Source of the DNA: Emiliania huxleyi CCMP1516
Taxonomy: Eukaryota
Reading direction: 5' to 3'
Length of the DNA: 64,000 bases
Assembly: GCF_000372725.1 (NCBI RefSeq)
Contig: NW_005201192.1
Span: forward strand, 372,001-436,000
The notes under the pieces are model-generated. The model was given only the letters and a program-made list of their open reading frames with translations. It did no database searches and had not been told where the DNA came from. The translations under genes and the position numbers were made by a program. This document shows positions 16,169 to 27,456 of this stretch, piece after piece (positions within the stretch are counted from its first letter, which is position 1; each line of letters opens with the position of its first letter).

Positions 16169-16577
16169 CAGGTGGCGTTTATTTTTGCTTGGCCGGACAT
16201 CATGCTGAAATTCTGCAAAAACCTGACCGGCCCCTGCCCTGCCCCTACCTACCTACCTACCTACCTACCTTACTTATGGGAAACTAAAAAAGAAATCACG
16301 GGCTGGGTGAAGGTGGGGTACTATACCAACTAAAGTGATGGCTGGTGGTACTATCCTGCAACCACAGTCCTTCCTGTGACATGGCAGGCCACTCTCAAGC
16401 CCTACAAGCACCAGATCAACGACTTGGGGAGGGTTGACATCGTGATTTGGGCGGAAAAATTCTTTTTCTGCTGTGAAAATTCCGGCGTGAGAGAGGGAAA
16501 AACCCGACGGGAGGGCCCAGACCCTACCCTACCTACCCCGGCATGATGTCCGGCCAAGCAAAAATAAACGCCACCTG
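16169..16577. mobile_element. MITE with 37-bp TIR (CAGGTGGCGTTTATTTTTGCTTGGCCGGACATCATGC) and 7-bp TSD CGAGGAA
   Basis: Perfect inverted repeats at 16169-16205 and 16541-16577; TSD at 16162-16168 and 16578-16584; 40 bp upstream of the prohibitin ATG. Confidence 0.9.
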
Positions 16578-16626
16578 CGAGGAAAAGAATTTTAGCAGCC
16601 TCGGACAAAAACACAACCCCGGACCC

Positions 16627-16733
16627 TTGCTGTGTGCTGCACGCCCTGCGAGCGGGGCGGGGTGCGCACTGTCCCTCTGTGTTCGTGCGTCGCCCATCTC
16701 TCCTGGAGATGTCTGCTCTATTTATTTATTTAT
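16627..16733 (+). mobile_element. 107-bp SINE-like/retroposed insert with (ATTT)n tail and 12-bp TSD AACCCCGGACCC
   Basis: TSD at 16615-16626 and 16734-16745. Confidence 0.75.
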
Positions 16734-19223
16734 AACCCCGGACCCAAGACGCACAAGCTCAGAAAACAAAACCGATCCCGCCATCGCCCCGGCGGGCGAC
16801 GGCGCCGAATCCGATCCGGCAGACGTCGGTGCAGCCCTCCTAGACGGCCTTCCTGCGTCTCCAGAGCATGTCGACGCCACGACGGGTGTGCCCACCTCAG
16901 AGGGCGACGTCGACATGGATGAGAGGCCCATCTCCCAGCGCCTCAAGCGCCGCGACGGGAGCAAGCCCCCGCTGTCTTACAGTGGCCACGACAGCGACGA
17001 GGAATCGTCCGACGAGGACGTCGGAGGAGAGAGCGTGGAGGGAAGCGAGGCGGGGCAGGCGAGGGGGGCGCAAGCCGCCAGCAGCTCCAACACCAACCCG
17101 CCTCGCCAAACCTTCTCTTGCTCCATCTGCGCCCAAGAATTCGGGACAGCCAAGTCGCTCTGCACGCACTTCAAGACGCACAACTACACGCCCGTGGACC
17201 TCGCCTCCAGTGGGCTCACCAAGTGCGGGTGCTGCGCTCAGATTTGCTGCCTCATCCCCAACAAACTTCCGGATGGCTCGGGTGGCAACGGGACGAGCAT
17301 GTTCTTCAACCACCTCTCGTCCCGCAACGACCCGCTGCACAAAGCCCACAAGGAGAAGATCACGCCGAAGGCCGAGTGCACCGACGCCATCGCCAAGGCA
17401 CTGCAGCACGCGGCGCCGGGCACACCGGGCGCCAACCTGACCCACGCTGACAACCGTGGCGTCTCGGCTGCCACTCGCGCCCGGCGGCTCGCGTGGGCGC
17501 CCGCCGTCCCGGGCGCCGCTGCGTCCTCTGCTGCTGCTGTTGCCGCCCTCCGCAACGCCACCGGCGTCTCGCTCGCTTGGAACTCCCCCTCGGGGGTGGC
17601 CGACACGATCAATCTCAACACCACGCCCGCCGCAGACTACGATCTCTCCATCTGCGACAGCGTCTCGATCGAGTGCCTCAAGCGTCTCCACCTGCAGAGC
17701 CAGGACTTCCCCGACAACAAGGAGTACCGTGCAAAGATCCGCTCAATGCTCGAGTTCGGGATGAAGGCCTTCGGCGGCAACCCCAACGCGCCCGGCACCG
17801 AAGACGGCGCCCGAGGTGCCATCTTCGTCGTCGCGTCGACGATCCTCGTCACCTGCCGGCCGAGCGGCTCGCCGCGCTACACGACCGACCAGATGGTCGA
17901 GCGCGCCGCAACCATCGCCCACTCGCCCGACGGCTTCCTGGCCCTCTGGAAAGAGCTGGCGCTCTCCGCCTCCGTCCCGCCCACCCCACTGGAGCAGGGC
18001 GACGCTGCCGACTCGCCGGGCCCCTCGCAGCCTTCCATGGAACAGATGGTCAAGAGGGCCCACTACTACGCGAACCGGGGCGAGTTCGGCAAGGTGTGGG
18101 CGGCCTTCTCGCCCTCCGCGCCCGCCGACGGCCGCGACCCCAAGGTTGTCGCCAACTACCTCGGCAAGACGCCGCAAGCGCGGGCCCCGCCTGCCAGTGT
18201 CACCGCCGACGAACCGGGCGTTGCGCGCTATGAACTGAAGAGGAAGTTCTTCAACAAGTTCGCAAAGTCTTTGCCTCGCGCCCGCAAGGGCGGCCCGACC
18301 CAAGTCGACTACGAGCTCGTCCGCATCATCACCGAGTCGACCGACGGGGCGGACTGCCTCTTCAACTTCTGCACCTCCGTTGGCTGGGGTGTCATGCACG
18401 AGCGTCTCAAGCGGCTCGAGGACGACCTCAACGCCGTCTGCCTCTGGAAGGACGATGGCGTCAGCTGCAGGCCCCTCGGGCTCTGCAGCATCTTCACGCG
18501 CTCAGCTGAACGGTGCATCGCGCTCCAGGAGCGCGACTGGGCGGAGCAGTTCTGCACCACGCAGCTGCCCGAGGTTGCCAAGGCCAGGGCGGAGGCACTC
18601 GAGGACGCCACCGTCACCACCGCCACCGCAGAAGCCGCGTACACTTCGAGGTGCATCACGCACGGGCTTGACTCGACCGAGGCGAAGACCGCTCTCGCCG
18701 ACCTCGAGGCGGCCGAGGCTGCGGAGGAGCGCGCCCGTGCGCCTGTCAACTTCCCGAAGATCTACGCGTTCTCCAAGAACGGCACTCACCTGTACGCCCA
18801 CACCGTCGCGGGGTGGCACGGCACGAAGCCGGAGAACGCGACCATCTCGGGCGACAAGGAGAACTTCTACAACACGATCGCCCAGGCGCTCACGGCCGAC
18901 AACAAGCCTGACCCCAACGGCTGTGGGCGCGTCAAGCTCCTCGACTGGATCCGCAAGCGACGCCCTGACCTCCTACCCGTCGCTCGCCTCATCATGGGCA
19001 CGCCCAGCTTCATCCGCCTTGTCAAGGCCGAGGGCGCCTTGCGGCTGCCTTCCGCCGACGGCGACGACCTGGACTTCTCTGCCGCCGATTGGGACCCACT
19101 CAGCCTCGAGTGCCCCGACCACAACGACCCCAACTACGCCAAGTCCGCCTGCGGGGTCATCCAGGGACGTGCGCTGTCCACCATCCTCAGCGTCTGCTTC
19201 ATCCACGACATCTGCCACGACAA

Positions 19224-19276
19224 TACCCCGAAACCAACGCCGTCGAAAAAGCCACTTGAGAGGAGGCCACAAGAAG
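19224..19276. mobile_element. 53-bp insertion with 6-bp TSD CGACAA disrupting the RT
   Basis: Removing the insert plus one TSD copy restores ...HDICHDNPSMRLIGFADDI in frame. Confidence 0.8.
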
Positions 19277-21418
19277 CGACAACCCGAGCATGCGCCTCAT
19301 CGGTTTTGCGGACGACATCTGCCAGAACGACGAGCCCTTGCGCGCCGTCGCCGCCTACTCCGGACCAAAGGGCCTCCTCGAGGCGCAGAAGAAGGGAGCG
19401 AGCGTCTTCGACGGCGTCAGCAAGTCGCTCATCTACTCGCCCGAGGGCGACCTCTCGTGCGCGCCGGGCTGGCTCCGGGGCTCGCCGGCGCACCGCGACA
19501 AGGAGGGCAAACCCACGGGGCGAGTGGACTGCTTCAAGGCCGTCGGCACCTTCTTTGGCGACCCGGAAGCCTGCAAGAAGGAGCTCACCGCGCACCTCAG
19601 GAAGAAGCTCGCGCCGCTCGACGTCATCGACACGATCGTCGACACTGACTGCGTCACGAACACCTCGCAGCTCCGCCTCAACCTCGTCCAACGGATTGCC
19701 TGCGCAAAGACCAAGTACATTGCCGGCATCACGCCGCCCAATGTCGCGTGCGACGCTCTCGAGTTTGCGCACAACCGCATCCGCAAGTCCTTTGAGAGCA
19801 TTGCTCGCGCCGACGCCTCGCCCCAGGCGCTCCGCGACCTCGCGTGGCTCCAGGCGCAGCTGCCGACCGAGATGGGCGGGTGCAACATCGACACCGCCTT
19901 CACGCGAGCCGACAGCGACTTCTCCATGTCGCTCCTCAAGAACTGGCGCACCCTCGTCGCCCACAACTCCGACTTCGCCCTCGACGAGGGAGGTGCGTCC
20001 AAGTACCCCATCATCGCCGCAGCCATCGCCACCTACGAGTCCGCCCTCTCGGACTGGAAGGAGGTGTGCGAGAAGCGCGCCGCCCGCGACAAAACCAAGT
20101 ACCACACCGTCCGCGGCGGCTACCTGACTGAGTTCTACCCCAAGAGCGTCCCGCTCCCCGAGCCCGAGTCCCTTCCAGCTACCGACGCGATTCTCAATGG
20201 CACTTGCAAATCCACGTACCCGCGGCCGCGGGCGCTCGCTGCCATCAAGAATCACAAGGACTGGTTCGCGCACCAGGAGCTCGTCAAGGCGCGGGACGCG
20301 CACGTCAAGAACAACCCGTCCCTCGGAGACAGCGCCGTCAACAACCGCGAAGCCTCGCGCTTCGTCTCCGCCTCAACGCCTTTCGCCGGCAAAGCCCTCG
20401 ATGTCCGTGTCGACGGCACGTACGCCACCGCCCTCTCCTCCGACGCCCTCCAGGACGAGCTCCAGCGGAAGCTCGGCCTTTGGCTCTCCGTGGCGCTTCC
20501 CACCCTTCGGGTCGCGCTCGAGCGGGGTATGCCAGTCGATTTCTTCGGCGACTACCTTTACAACAAGGCCCACCACCGGCGGCCCCACGACGGCGTCCTC
20601 GCCGCCTGGGCGGACGCGATGCGCGCCCCGGCCAACGCGCCGGTCGTGCACGGTGACAAGGAGAAACCAGAGCTCACCCGGCAGTACAACAAGGGGTACA
20701 AGGTCGACCTCGCGGAACCCCACGCTGGCCCGGGAGGATGCGATGAGGTGAATGAAGTCAAGCTCTGGACGCCCCTCCTCAAGACCTCCTCGGCGGGCGT
20801 TGGCAACGCCTCGAGCGGCGGCACGCCCGCCTCCGTTGGCCACTCCTACGCCTTCGGCAACACCGAAGAGAAGGCCCGCCGCCTAAACATGGGCTGCAAG
20901 GCGCGCGGGCAGCCCGGCCAACCCTTCGACCACAAGAACGGCCACGGCTACGTCAAGGCGCATCGCGGTTTCTACCACGACGCGATCTTTGTCAAGCGCA
21001 ACAACTTCAACCTGCTGCTCCACGAGACGTTCGGCGGCGGCTTCTCGCCCACCGCCGTTCTCAAGCTGCGCCGCCGCGCGCGCAAGGTCGCGCGGCAGCG
21101 TCGACCGCACGGCCTACTCGCCCAAGTACTCGCTTTCTTTTATGTCCCACCATGCAGAGCGCATCTCTCTCTCTGTTGTGCGAGGCGTGAACCGCGCCAT
21201 TCGCTCTCACCTGGCAACCCTGTCTGCACGTCTCGCGCGCGCGTGAACAGGGCTCCAGGCCCCAAATGACGTGTGAGTGTTAGAGTTGTTTGGTATTGCT
21301 AAAAATCTCTCTCTCAAGCTCAGACAGTCGAGAAAGGGATAGACCGCAACGACAGTCAGAACAACCTTCGCTCGAAGAGAATTTTACAACGAAGCTCCCT
21401 CGCACAACACTGGGCACG

Positions 21419-21513
21419 AAGCGCACCACACCCCTCTCCTTAAAATCCCTGTGTGGTGGCGGCGTGCCGTCCTCCCATCCCTCCCTTGGGTTGTCCGTTT
21501 TCTTTCTTTCTTT
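21419..21513 (+). mobile_element. Retroposed 3' end of the (TTTC)n-tail family, 10-bp TSD ACTGGGCACG
   Basis: TSD at 21409-21418 and 21514-21523; the sequence matches the reverse complement of the 61961-62787 array unit. Confidence 0.85.
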
Positions 21514-21544
21514 ACTGGGCACGGGACTGGCAAAAAGAATTTGC

Positions 21545-21701
21545 CTTGACCTTAAAGGCAATGGGCTCTCGCCCGAGGGTGGGTGACGGCTAGCACCACA
21601 CTCCTCTCTCCTTAAAATTCCTGTGTGGTGGCGGCGTGCCGTGGTCCCAGTCCCATCCCTCCCTTGGCGCTTGGCTTGGCTGATTTCTTTCTTTCTTTCT
21701 T
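21545..21701 (+). mobile_element. Second, diverged copy of the (TTTC)n-tail family
   Basis: GGGTGGGTGACGGCTAGCACCACAC...TAAAATTCCTGTGTGGTGGCGGCGTGCC...TTTCTTTCTTTCTT. Confidence 0.7.
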
Positions 21702-22679
21702 GCGCGGAAAAGAATTCAGGAAAGCCTTGCTTCACCACACACGTGACTGGAAATGATTTTTACCGCCTACCTCGCACGACACTGGGCACGGGACTGGCGC
21801 GCCGACTGATCTAACACAGGTACACCAGTCCCGTGCCCAGTGTCGTGCGAGGAAAAGAATTTGGTGTGTATAACACTGGCACGGAACTGGCGGGCACTGG
21901 CAGCGCGAGGAAAAGAATTTTACCGCCAACTCCCTCTCACGACACTAGGCACGGGACTGGCTAAATAAATAAAACGGACACCTCTACTAGGTCTAGGAGA
22001 TGGGTAAAAAGGAACAGGTCCCCGCCCGTGCGATCTTTGTGCAGGGTTCTTTGTGGGTGTGGTCGGCGACTAGCCGGGGTCGTCCTCACGATGGGGGACT
22101 AGCCCTAGCCGTCTTCCACATGGTCCCCTCGGGTCCCTGCTGCTCCTAATCTCTTCGTACATCCTCCTGCTGATCTCCGCAAAGTCCTGCTCCTTCCCTC
22201 GTCTCGCCCTGCGCGTCTGCCCCAACTCTCCCCCGTCGTCTGCCCTGCGTCGTCTGGCGACGGGTCCTCCATAGTCGGTTGAGGTCGCCGCCCTCCTCGT
22301 GCCTCTCCCCAACGTTCCCTCGGCGGCCGATGCCGTCTGCTCCGACTCCCCCGTCCCCGGGTCTGCCCTGCTCTCGTCTGCGCTAGTCTCTGCTTCGTCA
22401 CCCCTGGCCTCTCTCCTCTTCTTTCTCCCTTTCTTGTAAGTTGTATGCTTTGCACATCGCGTCGATCCCTTTCGCGTGAGCACCGCGCACTGGCTGTGTG
22501 CGAGGAAAAGAAATTTTTCCAGGTTTCGCTTGGCAAGTAGGTCGACAAGTAGGGGCTTGGGTTTCGCCTTTCCTTGTGAGAGTTGTTTTCAGTTAAATTC
22601 TTTCACAACATCGCGTGGGGGACGGGTGACCCTGCTCAGCCCCTCTCCATGTCGAGTTGTGTCCCCCGTTCCCTCTCTG

Positions 22680-24050
22680 TCACACTGACCAAACTTTGAT
22701 CGCGACGGCAGTGCACTCACCCGCTACCCCCTCCTTTTCTGGCTCTTTTGGCGCCTCGGGGGCGGTTGCGCGAGGCGGAGAGTGGCTCCCACTGCCGCTT
22801 CGAATCCAAAGGCGGCTGGCCATGGCCGCGGACACAAAGACGACGGCGAGCAGCTGGAGCGCGGTCAGGACGAGGAGGGCCGCCTCCTCCCCGCCGCGGC
22901 TGGCGAGGGAGACTAGGTAGACGGCGGGGCCAATGGCGCCTGCGAGGCCAAAGCAGGGCGCCACCAGGCCGATCGCGATCATGTCATTAGGCCAGATCCA
23001 GCCGACCACCAGCGGGTAGAGCGTCTTGAGAAATCCAAAGCACATCGTGATGCACACCTGGAGGCCGCTAAAGGCCTCAAGCGAGGCCTCCGGCACGCCC
23101 ACGGAGGCCATGCTGGCAAGCAGGCCGACCAACACCTGCTGAATTCCGAGTGTGGCCGAGTACATGGCTGTCGCGGGCACACAGTCGGTCAACCAGCCGG
23201 CCGCAAGCCGAGACCCCGCGTAGAGCAGCAGGCTTAGAGTAGTCACCTTGGTTCCCGTCTCCAGGTCGGTGTCGAACCGCGCGCTCAGCAGGGACGAGAC
23301 GAGCAGCTTGAAGCCCCAGCCTGGCAGCAGCGCAAGCAGGAGGCCAAGCGCAAAGAGCCAGAAGCGTCCGGAGCGCAGCAGCGTGCGAGGCGCTTCCCCA
23401 CCTGCAGGCCGGGCTGGCCCCACCGTCCGTGCCTGGCGTGGCGGCGGCGGCATCAGAACCGCGCTTGGCACGGTGACCAGTCCGATACCAACGCTCAGGA
23501 TGACCAAGGTCTCTCCGATCCCAAAGGAGCGAAGCAGCAGCTCTGCGGCTGCAGCAAACACGGCGGCGGCGACGCCCATCGCAGCCCCGAGGAGACCAAA
23601 GCCGAGCCCCGGCCTGCCGAGTTTCGCAAACCACGCGCGCGTCACGGCGAGCAGTGCGATGTAGGACGCGCCGAGCGAGACGCCTTGCCCAAGACCAAAG
23701 GACAGGAGCGAGAGCCAGTACTGCTCGAGAAGGACGCCGAGTCCGGCCCCGCCCAGGCCAACTACTCCAGCCATTGAGGCGTAGAGGCAGGCACGAGGTG
23801 CGGAGAGAGTGCCGGCGCCAATCGCTCGCGCGGTGAGGAAGTTGACAGGGCAAAGCACAAGGGATGCGAGCATCGAGAGAGACGCACCGTAAGCCATACG
23901 CTCTGCCCCACTGGCAGTTTCGCCGCCAAACCTTTCGCCCAGTCCGGGCACGAGAACGTTGAAGCCGACGAGGCCAGATGTGCAGAAGATGGCGCCGCAA
24001 GCGGTAAGCAGTGCGCGAGCAGCGAGCGTCGGCGGAAGGGGCAAGGACAT
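22680..24050 (-). CDS. Major facilitator superfamily transporter (OFA/MCT-like), intronless, 456 aa
   Basis: About 12 hydrophobic segments; GLGQGVSLGASYIALLAVTRAWF..RPGLGFG; LLRSGRFWL; SRLAAGWLTD. Confidence 0.85.
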   Translation of the reverse strand: MSLPLPPTLAARALLTACGAIFCTSGLVGFNVLVPGLGERFGGETASGAERMAYGASLSMLASLVLCPVNFLTARAIGAGTLSAPRACLYASMAGVVGLGGAGLGVLLEQYWLSLLSFGLGQGVSLGASYIALLAVTRAWFAKLGRPGLGFGLLGAAMGVAAAVFAAAAELLLRSFGIGETLVILSVGIGLVTVPSAVLMPPPPRQARTVGPARPAGGEAPRTLLRSGRFWLFALGLLLALLPGWGFKLLVSSLLSARFDTDLETGTKVTTLSLLLYAGSRLAAGWLTDCVPATAMYSATLGIQQVLVGLLASMASVGVPEASLEAFSGLQVCITMCFGFLKTLYPLVVGWIWPNDMIAIGLVAPCFGLAGAIGPAVYLVSLASRGGEEAALLVLTALQLLAVVFVSAAMASRLWIRSGSGSHSPPRATAPEAPKEPEKEGVAGECTAVAIKVWSV

Positions 24051-25573
24051 GGCAGCAAGGGATTGTGACCCGGTACGGTCGGCCTAAAGTGTGTGGGCAG
24101 GTTAGTCAGATCACGATCCCGGCGTGAACACGACTAACTGACGGATCCGCTCCTGACAGTCGCACGCACCGCACTGCGGCGCGTGCGACTGTCTTTGTTT
24201 GAAGTAAACAGTCGAATCAGAGCGTCGTCGGCGTTGATCTGTCTGAGTTTCCTCCCACGGACCGCCCGTCCGGCACCGCTCCGGGAAGCAAGAACGCTGC
24301 CGGCGAAACACCATCAAGCTGCTGTGAAATGGTGCCACAACTACCATCCCTTCTTGCCGGCATAGCAAAACCAAGCGGCCGAGTGTACTAGCTCGCAACT
24401 CCCCGATTTTTATAAATAATCCTATACTTTTCTACTACACAGTCTCGGCATCGCCTCCCCTGGCTTAGCTAGAGTGAGAGATATTGCGCACATGGTCTAT
24501 CTCTACAATATACTCACTAACACTTCACCTCCCAGAGCTCGTTCTGGTCCGCCACGGCCATCCTCGGCCTCCGGAGGGCCCCCGGCCGCGGCGCGGTGCG
24601 GCGGCGTCACAAATCCAAACGCAGAGCACCGGGACGCGGTCGGGCGATCTAGGCCCACGTAGGCGTATGCATTGCCCATCCAGGGCTATCACCTGGACCT
24701 ATCAACAGGCGCGCCTGCGGCGCCGTGCTCAGGAGCTGCTGTTCACACCTGCACAGACTTTGGTACGGTCTCATGCTCCTGCTGAGCCACGTTAGTGAGC
24801 ACATTGCGGACACAACTGCGCCGGTTCGCAGCCGCTGCATCCTGGAGCACCGGACTCTGGAGCCACACCCGTATAAACCTCGGTTCGACCTCACGGTGCG
24901 AACATGTAGCATGCAGAAGCATGCACGATCCTATAGGTTGTCCCGCATTGTCGTCGCACCATCCCATCTCCGTGTACATCGTCGTCCACAATTGAACCGC
25001 GTTGCGAAGGCGCTGACAAGTCACCTCCTGCCTATGAGACATCGGCCTCGGCCCGAGAATCACCGTCACGACTCTCCGACGTCTCGTCATTCTCCGACGC
25101 CTCGTCGTGGACGACGCAGCCAAGCCTCCACCGACTACACCCACAGCTCCATCCTCGTCACCTCGCTCGCTACGCTCTCTCTCCACCAACGGCCTCAATG
25201 TACTGCTCAGATTCGAGTGCGACTGGTCACGCTCGACCGCCTCGCTAGTCGCCGGCAGGACGACGACCGAATGCGGCGCCTCGCCAGCATCGTCGCTCCT
25301 GACGGCGCCATCCGTGTCTCCCGGCGGATGCATCGCGTTTCGAGCCACAACGGACTGCGCGCTCCGCTTTTCGAACCACCAAAACTCGCCGACCCAGGTC
25401 CAGGTTGGCCCCGGCTGCGTCCCCGCGCGGCCTGCCCGGTGGCGTGGTGCCCGCCCTCCACCCACCTCCCCCCGCGCGGGGCCGCTCCGGGGCGACCCGG
25501 GCGCCCTCCGACCACACTGCCACACTACTATCCTTTAACAGTTGTCACAGCTTCAATGGGCTCGCCCATACCG

Positions 25574-26113
25574 CGGAGCAGGCGGACATCGCTTCCAGGG
25601 AGGGGGGCGCACTTCTACTCACGCCCCACCCCCCCCCTAGCATGTGGTGAAGCCTCTGGGGGGGTCGGGACCCCCCCCCTAGCATGTGGTGAAGCCTCTG
25701 GGGGGGTCGGACCCCCCCCCTAGCATGTGGTGGGCACCCCCCAGCAGTTCGTGGGCTAGGAAAATAGCCGCCAGAGAGCCGATTTTGCCCCGAAAGTTGT
25801 GAAATCGTGGCTGAAAGTCCAATATCTTGGAGAATCTGACCAAGTCTCAAGGCTCATGTAGCTCCAAAGGATGATTTTTCCGAAAATGCTGCGAAATGAG
25901 GCGTAAAATCAAGGGCCCGGAGGGCCTGACCACGAGTCTCTGGGTGGGGCTGGGGGGGGGCACGACCCCCTAGCATGTGGTGAAGGTGCTGGGGGGGTCG
26001 GGACCCCCCCCCTAGCATGTGGTGAAGCCTCTGGGGGGGTCGTACCCCCCCCCTAGCATGTGGTGTGAGTAGAAGTGCGCCCCCCCCCCTGGAAGCGATG
26101 TCCGCCTGCTCCG
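25574..26113. mobile_element. MITE with ~50-bp TIR (CGGAGCAGGCGGACATCGCTTCCAGGG...CACTTCTACTCAC) and internal ~43-bp CCTAGCATGTGGTGAAG repeats
   Basis: Inverted terminal repeats are visible and the subterminal tandem units occur at both ends. The TSD is unclear (possibly CG). Confidence 0.75.
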
Positions 26114-26309
26114 GAGTGGTTCGACTCCACGCAAACCCGGAGTGGTGAAGGGCTGGCCGTGCGGTGGTCTCAGGCCCAGTGAGGTAGTGCATCCGACGGC
26201 CCGGATCCTGCTGAACAAGCTCCTCTTGTAGCTCGATCGGTCACACCGCCATCGCCGTCGGGGAGAGGGGGGACGACACTGCTTTGGCAGCGTGCACCTC
26301 GATCCTGCA

Positions 26310-26420
26310 CCGTGTTTGTTATGACCCCCCCCAATGAACACACCAGTGAGGGAGGGCGAGACGATCGAGGGGTCCCGTACCATGCGGAATCGACCCTATC
26401 AAGTGCTCAAGTGCTCAAGT
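26310..26420 (+). mobile_element. Retroposed 3' end with (AAGTGCTC)n tail
   Basis: Matches the reverse complement of 45430-45545; the tail ends ~90 bp upstream of the ATG at 26512. Confidence 0.7.
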
Positions 26421-26511
26421 AGTCACAGCCGCATTCGAATATCTTGCGAACGTGCGTCCCTTCGCCCGTCGGGGTCGCGCAGCCGCCGCTGCCCAGTCCT
26501 ACTGTAACAGC

Positions 26512-27456
26512 ATGTACCGGCACGATGTTTGCTTCGCCGACGGCGTGATCCATCAGTTCTGGTGGCAAGTGCCGGTCACAAAGGCGACCTGCACTTCATT
26601 CATCGGGATGGTCTGCACGCCGGGCGTCGACGCAGAGGCTGAGGCAAAAGCCAAAGAGTTCATGGCCAAGGAGGAGCACGAGCCGCTCGGAATGGGCTGG
26701 CGCTCTTCCGCGATCGCTGTCAAGCTCGCCACCGGCGGCCTCTTCCTTTTTGACTGCTGGCTGACCGACGATGAGCATGGAGCGGCCTTGCAAAAGGACC
26801 TGGCAGAGCTTGGCGAGGTGAAGCTGGTTTACGTAGCGGCGGCGCACATGGACGGCGTAGTTGCATTCCAACAGCAGTATCCCAACGCGATCTATGTGGT
26901 AGATCCAGCATTTGCCGCCACGAAGAGCGACGAGAGGCACCCATCGTTGCGAGTGGACGCTGTGCTGGGCAACTCGAGAGAGGGCCTTCCGGAGGCGGCG
27001 GCGGCGATTTTAGAAGACTTCGACTGGCACTGCGGCACATACTGGACATCATTTCTTCACAAGCCCACACGGACTTTCATCGGCGGCGACGCCGTCTACA
27101 AGAGCAGCGACAAATGCGTCGGACCCGGAAGTGCGAAGCAACCGGCGCTCACCCCTCCGTGGATGGCAACACTGTACCAGCAGTCTCTGATGGATCCGTG
27201 CAAGGCGTCGTGCGGCTTCTTGCCGACGTATAGCCTGGGGCTTCCCAAGGAGGGAGTCGTGCTCGACCTCGCCAAGTGGAGGAGCTGGAGCTTTGACCGC
27301 ATGGTCTGCTCTCACATCACCCCCGTCTCCACACGGCCCGGGGAGCTGCAGGCTGGGGAGCTCGAGGGGGAGGCGCTGGGCCCGCTCGAGATCCTCGAAG
27401 CGAGCTGGGGGTGGGCGGAGAAGGACGGCACCGGTCCCGCAGCAGCAGCAGCTTAG
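26512..27456 (+). CDS. DUF4336-like protein (metallo-beta-lactamase-related fold), intronless
   Basis: RSSAIAVKLATGGLFLF...LAELGEVKLVYVAAAHMDG..FQQQYPNA, FLHKPTRTFIGGDAVY, WSFDRMVCSH. Confidence 0.7.
   Translation: MYRHDVCFADGVIHQFWWQVPVTKATCTSFIGMVCTPGVDAEAEAKAKEFMAKEEHEPLGMGWRSSAIAVKLATGGLFLFDCWLTDDEHGAALQKDLAELGEVKLVYVAAAHMDGVVAFQQQYPNAIYVVDPAFAATKSDERHPSLRVDAVLGNSREGLPEAAAAILEDFDWHCGTYWTSFLHKPTRTFIGGDAVYKSSDKCVGPGSAKQPALTPPWMATLYQQSLMDPCKASCGFLPTYSLGLPKEGVVLDLAKWRSWSFDRMVCSHITPVSTRPGELQAGELEGEALGPLEILEASWGWAEKDGTGPAAAAA

Larger units (their letters stand above)
16593..21373 (+). mobile_element. Non-LTR retrotransposon, CRE/R2-like (C2H2 zinc finger - reverse transcriptase - restriction-like endonuclease), inactivated by two frameshifts
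   Basis: N-terminal CSICAQEFGTAKSLCTHFKTH. RT motifs CRPLGLCSIFTR, GDKENFYN, GVIQGRALS, FADDI, KAVGTFFG. RLE region RRPHDGV...VDLA...EVK, LLHETFGGGFSP, HHAERISLSVVRGVNRAI (stop at 21246). Element boundaries are approximate. Confidence 0.88.

Noticed and set aside
16169..16210. snRNA or spliced-leader gene (ATTTTTG Sm-like site) as target of the CRE element
   Set aside because: The sequence is one arm of a perfect TIR with a TSD; no snRNA or SL features were recognised.
16543..16915. ATG 16543 as the LINE ORF start
   Set aside because: It lies inside the MITE TIR and reads through a SINE-like insert; the real start is downstream or unknown.
19224..19290. Programmed frameshift or two-ORF LINE
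   Set aside because: Explained by a TSD-flanked 53-bp insertion within the RT.
24474..25540. ORFs 24725-25723 (+) and 24743-25525 (-)
   Set aside because: No recognisable motifs; probably decayed TE or noncoding sequence.
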